IMG/VR virus record: IMGVR_UViG_3300036951_000304
Length of the DNA stretch: 47,561 nucleotides
Strand: one strand, 5' to 3'
Source: a virus
Taxonomy: Duplodnaviria > Heunggongvirae > Uroviricota > Caudoviricetes
Shown here: in pieces, positions 36,357-43,560 of the stretch
Layout: every line of letters begins with the position of its first letter
How positions within the stretch are numbered: the first letter of the stretch is position 1
Notes under the pieces: generated by a model
The model's input: only the letters and a program-made list of their open reading frames with translations
What the model was told of the DNA's origin: nothing
Databases searched by the model: none
Program-made: the position numbers and the translations under genes

Positions 36357-36817
36357 TTTCTCCCATCCTTTTCAATATAATTCATCAGCTGAGGCATATT
36401 GACAAAATACTTGTCAAGCCAATCCCATATGCCCTTGGAAATATCGTATCCCCGTGTGCCAAGACCGTATCCCCTTTCGAACTTCATCTTGTTCCCTTGT
36501 GGGGAGGCATATCCGGAGACAATATCAGCGGGTTCCCGTCCATATACATCCGTGGGTATTTTCTTTTTCAGTTGAAGCCATTCAAGAACGTGGTAGTGGA
36601 CACCACCATCGGAGGCCCATATAAACAGTTTTTGTTTTGAGCCGAGGGCGAGAAATCTTATAGAGCAATCCATAAGCTCCGGATGCTTGGGTTCATTGTA
36701 TATGGTGGGCATAAACCGGATTTCATTGGGGTTGGGGTTTTCATATACCTCTGTAGCTAACCCACCATACTTATACATACCTATAAATTCTTCTTTGAGA
36801 TATCGTTTCAGCCTCAT
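36353..36817 (-). CDS. Paralog family member 5 (MRLKRYLKEE)
   Basis: GMYKYGG..VYENPNPNEIRFMP...IRFLAL...LFIWASDGGVHYHVL...WDWLDKYFVNM. Confidence 0.8.
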   Translation of the reverse strand: MRLKRYLKEEFIGMYKYGGLATEVYENPNPNEIRFMPTIYNEPKHPELMDCSIRFLALGSKQKLFIWASDGGVHYHVLEWLQLKKKIPTDVYGREPADIVSGYASPQGNKMKFERGYGLGTRGYDISKGIWDWLDKYFVNMPQLMNYIEKDGRK

Positions 36818-37083
36818 CAGTAACCGTCCGGATCGTCCTCTACTTCATCGTAAATCATATCCCTCAAGGCCATACGAACATCGGCCGAGTTTGCGTGTTC
36901 ATAAGCAGACCCGTAATACCCAACTTCCATATCCCTTCTGGGCAATCCGAGCTGTTTTCTTGCGCCGTGAACCAGTTTAACCAGTTTATCATCGAGGGCC
37001 TGGGCCATTTTCTCAAAAGCCTCTTGGATATCGGCTGCATAATCATCTATCATTCTATCTGTAATCTCTCGTCTTTTTGGCAT
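36817..37083 (-). CDS. Hypothetical protein, tandem paralog of 37095-37382
   Basis: ITDRM...ARKQLGL...ANSADVR..LRDMIYDEVED is shared with the neighbour. Confidence 0.75.
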   Translation of the reverse strand: MPKRREITDRMIDDYAADIQEAFEKMAQALDDKLVKLVHGARKQLGLPRRDMEVGYYGSAYEHANSADVRMALRDMIYDEVEDDPDGY

Positions 37084-37094
37084 ATACCTTCTCC

Positions 37095-37382
37095 TCAATA
37101 TTCCTCATCTTCTACTTCATCATAGATCATACTTCTCAATTCCTGTCTTACATCCTGAGAATTGGCCAGTTCCCACAGGGAGCCGGAATAGTCCATTTCC
37201 AGATACGGCATTCTCTTCAGACCGAGTTCCTTTCTGGCCTTGTGAACCATTGATACTATCTTCGTATCTATTTTCTTCGCTTCCTTCTCATAAAAGTCTT
37301 GGATACCTGCGGCAAGCCTGTCCACCATTCTATCCGTGATCTGTTTTCTGGCTTCATCGAGCCGTTTTTCGAGTTTTGACAT
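37095..37382 (-). CDS. Hypothetical protein, tandem paralog of 36817-37083
   Basis: ITDRM...ARKELGL...ANSQDVR..LRSMIYDEVED; GGAGG RBS. Confidence 0.75.
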   Translation of the reverse strand: MSKLEKRLDEARKQITDRMVDRLAAGIQDFYEKEAKKIDTKIVSMVHKARKELGLKRMPYLEMDYSGSLWELANSQDVRQELRSMIYDEVEDEEY

Positions 37383-37430
37383 AGTTTTCCTCCGAAAATA
37401 TCACTTTCTCCATCAAAAAAATCCTGCATC

Positions 37431-37459
37431 TTTACAAACAAAAAAATATGTGATAAAAT
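37431..37459 (+). promoter_or_regulatory. Sigma70-type promoter TTTACA-17-TAAAAT pointing rightward into non-coding DNA
   Basis: TTTACA aacaaaaaaatatgtga TAAAAT. Confidence 0.5.
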
Positions 37460-37523
37460 ACAAATTACTTGTGAGGTCGTGGAATATATAAATTTTATAA
37501 ATTACAAGTTTTATTATCAAAAT

Positions 37524-37531
37524 TATTTATG
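37524..37531 (-). promoter_or_regulatory. Probable late promoter CATAAATA for the 37382-24549 operon
   Basis: The only late-like octamer found between the terminator and the first gene; the same variant occurs at 5014 and 42987. Confidence 0.5.
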
Positions 37532-37543
37532 GTTTTTATGCAG

Positions 37544-37578
37544 AAAAAAAGGGTTATTACAGTAAAATCAATAACCCC
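37544..37578 (-). terminator. Rho-independent terminator ending the ThiF-JAB transcript
   Basis: GGGTTATT-11 nt-AATAACCC followed by T7 on the minus strand. Confidence 0.8.
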
Positions 37579-37608
37579 TTTCTTGTTTCAATTGAAATTT
37601 TTATAAAA

Positions 37609-38439
37609 TTATATAGTAAAATTGTCTTTTTCACTATTTTCAGTAAATTCTTTTATCAATTCCTCTTCCAGAGAAAGTTCCTTATCCTGACTATCAAATA
37701 ATTGAGGTGATTTCTTTTCAGGTTCTCTATTGACATATCCATAGCCATCAAAGAAATCCCCACCACAATATCTGTCATACCAGTTATCTCTGGATGAAGT
37801 ATACGGTGTAACAATTTTCCTGTCCCTGATATTCTCTTCTGCGGACTTGATAAAGGTTTCCTCATCAAAGTCAAGATTATAGCTCACCTTTGGTTTGGCC
37901 TCCATAATCTTCTTGGCGCCACAGGGAACATTCACCCTGACCTGAACCTTCATACTGGTATGGCTGACAAGGATGGAGATATCGTGGTTCTGATTGATCC
38001 ACTTGTCATCGGTTCCGGAAAATCCACAACCCATATTATGGTGTGAATGAATGACACCGAGGACTTTCATTCCGTTTTCCAGCTTGGGGAACTGAATGTC
38101 ATCAACGCTGGCAGATGTTGCTGTCTGGACAGGAATAACCATATCAACGATGTGAAACGGTTTCTCCGGTGAACCAACCAGATAACCAAGCCATTCTCTG
38201 CTTGTGTACTTTTTCATCAGGGCGTCGATCTTAGCCATCACAATAGGGGTAAGATATACAGTTATATCCTTTGGGGCCTTACTGCACTCCGTGATGCACT
38301 CCACCTTTGTCTCCCACTCGTCCGGTTCCGAAGGAGTGACAACTACGGAGGGTGAAGATTTCCACGGAGACCCCACCAAATCTTGAGCCACCCACCTACC
38401 CCCTATAAACTTTTTTATAATCATTTTTATCTTCTCCAT
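37609..38439 (-). CDS. JAB/MPN+ (JAMM) metalloprotease, prokaryotic deubiquitylase-like
   Basis: REWLGYL (Glu)...GVIHSHHNMGCGFSGTD (HxH-x7-S-x2-D). Confidence 0.88.
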   Translation of the reverse strand: MEKIKMIIKKFIGGRWVAQDLVGSPWKSSPSVVVTPSEPDEWETKVECITECSKAPKDITVYLTPIVMAKIDALMKKYTSREWLGYLVGSPEKPFHIVDMVIPVQTATSASVDDIQFPKLENGMKVLGVIHSHHNMGCGFSGTDDKWINQNHDISILVSHTSMKVQVRVNVPCGAKKIMEAKPKVSYNLDFDEETFIKSAEENIRDRKIVTPYTSSRDNWYDRYCGGDFFDGYGYVNREPEKKSPQLFDSQDKELSLEEELIKEFTENSEKDNFTI

Positions 38440-39017
38440 TGAAATAATCTCTGTATATTCGATGACATTTCACTATCATAATATTTCATAATTTTTGCGA
38501 CAGCCAAGGCGGCCACAATTGTAGCCGGAACAACCCAAGACGGAACAACGGTGTAACCATCCTCCGCCTCCCCCCATTCAGCCACGGCATTGTGTATGCT
38601 CATATTCATACCGTCATACCCCACCTTCATATACCGCGCACCAAATTTATGGGCTATCTTTTCGTTTGCCTGTTGTGAGCAAAGCTTATCGGTACAATCG
38701 ACAACCCAATCGGATTGAGGAAATGTGTGATCCTGTAAAATAAACGGGAAGGCCAAAACCGTGGCGCTGGGTCTGATACGGTTGATGATAGACTTCGTGA
38801 CCTGAGCCTTGTTTATACCGAGATATTCAATCGAAATGTCAATCCTGTTCAAATTATGCTCTTCAAAGGCATCAGGATCAAAAAGATATATCCTCTCTAT
38901 ACCGGACATTGCGGCAAATTTTGCCACCCAGTATCCGATACCCCCACAACCAACTACAGTTATAGATTGCTTCGTAGAAAGGTTGAGAGTGCTCTGGCGG
39001 GTATATAAATTATCCAT
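38427..39017 (-). CDS. ThiF/MoeB-family E1-like adenylating enzyme
   Basis: LYTRQ, VVGCGGIG, DPDAFEEHNLNR, NKA, VVDCTD; start MDNLY with a GAAAGGA RBS. Confidence 0.9.
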   Translation of the reverse strand: MDNLYTRQSTLNLSTKQSITVVGCGGIGYWVAKFAAMSGIERIYLFDPDAFEEHNLNRIDISIEYLGINKAQVTKSIINRIRPSATVLAFPFILQDHTFPQSDWVVDCTDKLCSQQANEKIAHKFGARYMKVGYDGMNMSIHNAVAEWGEAEDGYTVVPSWVVPATIVAALAVAKIMKYYDSEMSSNIQRLFQWRR

Positions 39018-39046
39018 ACACAATCCTTTCACAAATTTATTGGTAT

Positions 39047-39075
39047 ATTATACCATATTTTCGATAGGTGGTAAA
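39047..39075 (-). promoter_or_regulatory. Sigma70-type early promoter TTTACC-17-TATAAT for ThiF-JAB
   Basis: TTTACC acctatcgaaaatatgg TATAAT. Confidence 0.78.
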
Positions 39076-39076
39076 T

Positions 39077-39121
39077 AGAAAAACAGGATAGAGCCGTAGT
39101 GCTATCAGACCCTATCCTGTT
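39077..39121 (-). terminator. Hairpin terminator after HNH
   Basis: 10-bp inverted repeat AACAGGATAG/CTATCCTGTT followed by a T-run on the minus strand. Confidence 0.7.
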
Positions 39122-39124
39122 ATG

Positions 39125-39646
39125 TTACCAGCCCAACTCCTTCAAGGCATCTTCCATACCAAGACGCCTGATCTGCATCTTGATAAATTCCATAATGGTT
39201 GGCTCATAAGCCCTGTACCTTGGAAACATACTTGCCTGTGAAGGAAGCCTGTTATCCTTCTTCTGATTACAAGGAACGCAGGAAGTCACAACATTCTCAA
39301 ATGTTGACTTACCACCTTTTGCTTTTGGAACAACGTGGTCGAGTGACATATGAGTTGTGCTCCTCTTGCCACAGTAGGCACAAGTGTAATTGTCCCTCAT
39401 AAGAACGTGCCTCTTGTTGAAAGGAACCTTTGTCTTGAAGAGGGTTCTGATAAACTTGATCAAACGAAGGATTTTAGGCAACAAGAACTTCACGGTCTTT
39501 TCCGTATTATGGATCAAGATATCAGTTGCTTTGACAACCTCTACCTTACCCTTCGCCATCAGTTTTACAGCCTTCTTACCACCGATTACACCCAATGGAG
39601 TGTAGTCAGCGTTCAACAAAAGAACTCTCGCTGTTTCCAACCTCAT
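39125..39646 (-). CDS. HNH endonuclease (McrA-like)
   Basis: VLLLNADYTPL, RDNYTCAYCG, LDHVVPKAKGG, NVVTSCVPCNQKK. Confidence 0.92.
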   Translation of the reverse strand: MRLETARVLLLNADYTPLGVIGGKKAVKLMAKGKVEVVKATDILIHNTEKTVKFLLPKILRLIKFIRTLFKTKVPFNKRHVLMRDNYTCAYCGKRSTTHMSLDHVVPKAKGGKSTFENVVTSCVPCNQKKDNRLPSQASMFPRYRAYEPTIMEFIKMQIRRLGMEDALKELGW

Positions 39647-39651
39647 ACAAA

Positions 39652-39912
39652 TCACTCCTTTCTGAATTGATCAGGAATTTCCAGTTTTCCTCTTTTCAAT
39701 TTCTTGATATTATCGTTGTCCTCTCTTATCAATCTCATATATTTTTGATATTCGAGAACTATGTCTGCTCTTTTCGCAACCTTTTCGTTATTTTCACCGT
39801 ACCTGATTTCTTCTACACCCTTCTCACAAAACATACATAGTTTTGTTTTCTCTTCCACCTTGGCTACAAATCCAGGCGGGTAAAATTTTCTGCATTTATC
39901 ACACAATGGCAT
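39652..39912 (-). CDS. Hypothetical protein with two CxxC motifs
   Basis: CDKC...CMFC; GGAGG RBS. Confidence 0.7.
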   Translation of the reverse strand: MPLCDKCRKFYPPGFVAKVEEKTKLCMFCEKGVEEIRYGENNEKVAKRADIVLEYQKYMRLIREDNDNIKKLKRGKLEIPDQFRKE

Positions 39913-39914
39913 TT

Positions 39915-40721
39915 TTATTCCTCCACTTTTTCATTGTATCGGAGCCTCGCCAATTTTGTAAAAAAATCAACATCCGTATTATTATCACAGGCCATTCTTG
40001 TGGCCCTTATGAACATAGCTGTAACATATTTTATGGCTTTCCACTTCAGATGATAATCCCGGCCCCCGATATATCTGAATTCAATATACTTGTTTTTTCC
40101 CTTGAGATGCTGTAGATTTATCCCCATATAGTGATTTTCGCTGAAAACGGGCTTCACTTTATAATTTTCAACAATGAAATCTCCCACTCTTTTCCTGAAT
40201 ACTTTCTTTATGTCCTTATGAACACTCTCACAAAAAGTATTATTCTTTCTCATCGGAAAGAACTCATATATCTCGTTCTCATCCACAAAAAGACCCAATT
40301 TCATAACATCTATCTTATTATACCATCCTCTATCCTTCAAGGAAATGCCCAAGTGAAAACCACATTTATTATCAGTTACGGCCCCCACCTTTTTCATATG
40401 AGAAAATATAAACGGACAAATCTCAAGATATTCTTTTAGCGGCATAACAGGCGAAACCAACTCCAATCCGGCATCACCCACACTATTATCACTCTTGATA
40501 ATCCATTTCTTCTTATTGTAATAGTGATGATAGTCCTTTATTACATAATCGAATGGTAATCTTGGCGCCTTGAAATAGGAATACGCAATTTTGGATATAT
40601 CGGGTTTCGTTTTATACCCCTCATTCCGAAAAACAGACGGAAAGATACATTCTATTTCAAACCCCACTTGTACTTTGGGGTCTTGGAGAACCTTTCTGAT
40701 TTCTCCCCGTATCATAATCAT
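39915..40721 (-). CDS. Putative amidoligase (COOH-NH2 ligase, Amidoligase_2-like)
   Basis: VGFEIEC, IKSDNSV...LELVSP, CGFHLGIS, HYMGIN, IEFRY. Confidence 0.82.
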   Translation of the reverse strand: MIMIRGEIRKVLQDPKVQVGFEIECIFPSVFRNEGYKTKPDISKIAYSYFKAPRLPFDYVIKDYHHYYNKKKWIIKSDNSVGDAGLELVSPVMPLKEYLEICPFIFSHMKKVGAVTDNKCGFHLGISLKDRGWYNKIDVMKLGLFVDENEIYEFFPMRKNNTFCESVHKDIKKVFRKRVGDFIVENYKVKPVFSENHYMGINLQHLKGKNKYIEFRYIGGRDYHLKWKAIKYVTAMFIRATRMACDNNTDVDFFTKLARLRYNEKVEE

Positions 40722-40727
40722 CCCTTT

Positions 40728-41045
40728 CTATACTTTCATATATGTGCAATGCGGATAATTCTTTTCTTCCAATTCTCTCAAAGACCAATAGGGATTGGGA
40801 AATATCGACAACAAAAACAAAATATCCCTGATTGCCATATCACGAAAAAATTTATATTCCCGATACGAAAACATTTTGGCCGCTTCCATCTTTCCAAAGA
40901 TTTTAGCTCTTTCACTAAAGAGCGCACTCGATAAATAGAGATCAACTGCCTTGTGAATGATAGCTCTTCCCCACGGGGATAACCAGACAACATTCATCAT
41001 AAAATAAGTTATCTTATAGATGATATTTTTCAAAATGTCTTTCAT
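40728..41045 (-). CDS. Hypothetical protein
   Basis: 105-aa ORF with ATGA coupling. Confidence 0.6.
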   Translation of the reverse strand: MKDILKNIIYKITYFMMNVVWLSPWGRAIIHKAVDLYLSSALFSERAKIFGKMEAAKMFSYREYKFFRDMAIRDILFLLSIFPNPYWSLRELEEKNYPHCTYMKV

Positions 41046-41911
41046 ATATTTCCTCTATTGATATAATCAATGATTACAGGAATTACATATTTTTCATCAC
41101 CAAAAAATTGGGGAGCGGGATTAATTTCGAATACCAACCATTCACCAGTTTTCTTATTCTGTACAATATCAACCCCGGCGAAATCGAGATTGAATATCCT
41201 ATCGACTTTAATAGCAAGATCTTCTACTTCCGGTGGAAGTTTGTCAATATATTCCTGTTTCCCGCCCAAAGAAATATTATTTCTGAATTCCTTTGGCGAG
41301 GAACTTTTTCTTTTTATAGAGTAGAGTATTTGACCTCTGAAGAAAAAGACCCTAATATCCCCATCATTGGGTATAAATTCTTGGAATATGAAAAAGTCCT
41401 CTTTATTACCCATAGAAAGAAATTTGTCAAGTTGAAACCTCTTATCTATCTTTGACACACCTTCTCCTCGTGCAGTATCAAGAGACTTGACCACAACCGG
41501 CAAACCCAATTTTGAGAATAGTTCCTCGGACGATGTTTTCATTTTTGAAGAAATAATAGTTTTAGGTTGTGGAATTGACATCTCCTCAAATTTTGAGTTC
41601 TGAGAAATCTTACTGGTTTCATTCGAGCCTTTTCCGTAACAGAGATATCTTATGTTATGTAATTTCAAATAATTTATAACGGTAGATGCCATATTAATAT
41701 GATCCCCGTAGCCGACTATTACAAAATTATAACTCCCCAAACTCTCGCCCCGGATCAATATATCCTCTTCAAAGACAATATCAGTCCATTTACAGTCAAC
41801 TATATTTTCAAAATGTTCTCTCAGAAAATCGACCACCGTGCTTTTCATAGAGATCATCAATATTCTACCCCTGAATGTTTCTGTTAGATATCGTCTTAGT
41901 TTTGTTTCCAT
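41042..41911 (-). CDS. rimK: Second RimK-family ATP-grasp ligase (METKLRRYLTE leader)
   Basis: PVVVKSLDTARGEGV, FQEFIP, DIRVF, FRNNISLGG, AGVDIV, FEINPAP. Start reassigned to ATG 41911 (AAGGAG RBS) because the track's extension overlaps a tRNA. Confidence 0.88.
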   Translation of the reverse strand: METKLRRYLTETFRGRILMISMKSTVVDFLREHFENIVDCKWTDIVFEEDILIRGESLGSYNFVIVGYGDHINMASTVINYLKLHNIRYLCYGKGSNETSKISQNSKFEEMSIPQPKTIISSKMKTSSEELFSKLGLPVVVKSLDTARGEGVSKIDKRFQLDKFLSMGNKEDFFIFQEFIPNDGDIRVFFFRGQILYSIKRKSSSPKEFRNNISLGGKQEYIDKLPPEVEDLAIKVDRIFNLDFAGVDIVQNKKTGEWLVFEINPAPQFFGDEKYVIPVIIDYINRGNI

Positions 41912-41924
41912 CTCCTTTCTCCCT

Positions 41925-42018
41925 TGGCGGAAGCGATAGGACTTGAACCTACAGGGGATGCTGTTCACACCCCCACACGATCTCCAATCGTGCCGACTAC
42001 CAATTATCGCACGCTTCC
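41925..42018 (-). tRNA. tRNA-Ser(GGA)
   Basis: Cloverleaf GGAAGCG..., anticodon arm CACGA-TTGGAGA-TCGTG, long variable arm, GGTTCAAGTCC, encoded CCA. Confidence 0.92.
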
Positions 42019-42183
42019 AAATCTTATTGGTGGTTGTTCCGGTGGAGGCCAAGCCTGGCCGGATTGATCTATTGCCCAACCACATTTCGGGCATAACTTA
42101 TATCCCATTGCGACTTCCGGATATTCCAGATAGTCGAATTTGTGTTTACAATGTTCACAGACAACAAAATATTTTGGCGCCAT
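42004..42183 (-). CDS. Small Zn-ribbon protein (59 aa); may start further upstream at 42282
   Basis: CEHC...CPKC; AGAGGA RBS. The 3' end overlaps the tRNA 5' end by 15 nt. Confidence 0.55.
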   Translation of the reverse strand: MAPKYFVVCEHCKHKFDYLEYPEVAMGYKLCPKCGWAIDQSGQAWPPPEQPPIRFGSVR

Positions 42184-42292
42184 ACTTCCTCTATTTTTTA
42201 CAAAGCGTTCAAACCAAGTATAAAAATACGCAATGGTGGCCAGTAATGTTGCCACCGGATATTTTATAATTCGTTTCCACATATAAACCTTT

Positions 42293-42386
42293 TGGCGGAA
42301 GGGAAGGGAATTGAACCCTCAGACCCTATAAAAAGAATCAACTGCTTAGCAGGCAGCCCCGACTAACCAATATTCGGCTCCCTTCC
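42293..42386 (-). tRNA. tRNA-Ser(GCT)
   Basis: Anticodon arm GCTGC-CTGCTAA-GCAGT, long variable arm, GGTTCAATTCC, CCA. Confidence 0.92.
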
Positions 42387-42391
42387 AAACT

Positions 42392-42479
42392 TGGCGGAGA
42401 GGACAGGATTCGAACCTGCAACCCCTTTCGAAGCGACGGTTTTCAAGACCGCTTGATATGCCAAAATATCCACCTCTCC
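42392..42479 (-). tRNA. tRNA-Ser(TGA)
   Basis: Anticodon arm GCGGT-CTTGAAA-ACCGT, long variable arm, GGTTCGAATCC, CCA. Confidence 0.92.
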
Positions 42480-42485
42480 ATTATC

Positions 42486-42743
42486 TTATTTCATTGGGGG
42501 AATTATAACACTTGCCCCCCTCTTGGAAGCCTTCAATGGGTTGACTTTCTTCTTCTCAACCATTGTCCTCTTGATATGTGTGGCGATAAAGCAACCGCCG
42601 ACAGCCCACTTACCAGCTGGGTTCACCCAGCCGATTTCTCGCACCACTGGTGCGAGAAATCGGCTGGAGCTATACACCGTGCAAAAGCCGTCCTTTATCT
42701 TTTCACAGTTACCACACTTTTCTATTACAGGCATTTTCAACAT
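42486..42743 (-). CDS. PxxKW-family cysteine-rich protein, copy 2
   Basis: PVIEKCGNC...FCTVY...NPAGKWAVGGCFIATH...KVNPLKASKR. Confidence 0.8.
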   Translation of the reverse strand: MLKMPVIEKCGNCEKIKDGFCTVYSSSRFLAPVVREIGWVNPAGKWAVGGCFIATHIKRTMVEKKKVNPLKASKRGASVIIPPMK

Positions 42744-42756
42744 TTTACTTTCCTTT

Positions 42757-42960
42757 CTATTTCTTTCTTTTCATCTTTTTGGATGCTTTCAACGGGTTCA
42801 TCATCTTGGCCATAAAGGATTTCTCTTTGGAGATATGCGTCGCTATAAAACAACCCCCTATAGACCACTTGGCTTCCGGATTGGTATATACCTTACAGAA
42901 GCCATCCTCTGTTACTTTTTTACACCCCACACATTTTTCGATTATTGGTTTCTTTTCCAT
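42757..42960 (-). CDS. PxxKW-family cysteine-rich protein, copy 1
   Basis: PIIEKCVGC...FCKVYTNPEAKWSIGGCFIATH...MNPLKASKK. Confidence 0.8.
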   Translation of the reverse strand: MEKKPIIEKCVGCKKVTEDGFCKVYTNPEAKWSIGGCFIATHISKEKSFMAKMMNPLKASKKMKRKK

Positions 42961-42962
42961 TG

Positions 42963-43004
42963 TTCCCACCTATATAATGTTTATTGTATTTATGTAGGTG
43001 GAAA
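42963..43004 (-). promoter_or_regulatory. RBS-sequestering hairpin with a late promoter (CATAAATA, 42987-42994) in its loop
   Basis: RNA UUUCCACCUA-22 nt-UAGGUGGGAA forms 10 bp that include the AGGUGG Shine-Dalgarno of the 42960 gene. Confidence 0.7.
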
Positions 43005-43010
43005 TAGGAA

Positions 43011-43214
43011 TTATTTCATTTCTGTGATTTTTACCCTCACAATCCTCTTGAACGGGAATTGGCGATCATCCAAGGCTCTTGTCTGCTCAAAAGTATCTGT
43101 CATTGTATGGAGACAGAAAATATCTTCTCTCCCCGACAAATCCTTTTTTAAGCGGTCAATAATTCCTACATATTTGTAAGCAACAACTTTCTGCTTTCTC
43201 ATTTTAATCCTCAC
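43011..43214 (-). CDS. Hypothetical protein
   Basis: 67-aa ORF in a packed run. Confidence 0.55.
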   Translation of the reverse strand: MRIKMRKQKVVAYKYVGIIDRLKKDLSGREDIFCLHTMTDTFEQTRALDDRQFPFKRIVRVKITEMK

Positions 43215-43548
43215 ATTTTGGTTTTTTAACAGTTACTTCTCTTATTTCGTCCGTGCTGCTCAACTCAAAACCCGCGGGCTTTCTTACATTTACATCAATT
43301 ATTGTCGCCATCCTTTCCATTTCCCACAAATCCGGTTGGTTCTTGTGATAGAAATCTGAGCAGATAACAACCGGATCATATCGGCTCGGCCGTAAAGTTC
43401 CACGATTATCATTATTTGCCATACAGATTACACATTCATCATGCAATCTTGTTATTTGTACCTTCAAATGTTTACATCTGGAACAAAGACCATACTTACC
43501 CAAAGATACTCTTTTTATTCCATCGAGAGGAGGATCATAAATCATCAT
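43204..43548 (-). CDS. Cys-rich hypothetical protein
   Basis: CSRCKH...CVIC...CSDF. Confidence 0.65.
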   Translation of the reverse strand: MMIYDPPLDGIKRVSLGKYGLCSRCKHLKVQITRLHDECVICMANNDNRGTLRPSRYDPVVICSDFYHKNQPDLWEMERMATIIDVNVRKPAGFELSSTDEIREVTVKKPKCED

Positions 43549-43560
43549 ATATCACCATAG

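Noticed and set aside
33753-36817. Diversity-generating retroelement or CRISPR array suggested by the repeated gene starts
   Set aside because: The repeats are coding N-terminal cassettes of full genes. There is no reverse transcriptase, no adenine-specific TR/VR pair, and no constant repeat-spacer periodicity.
41912-42094. N-terminal extension of the second RimK ORF given by the track
   Set aside because: It overlaps tRNA-Ser(GGA); a good RBS and ATG exist at 41911.
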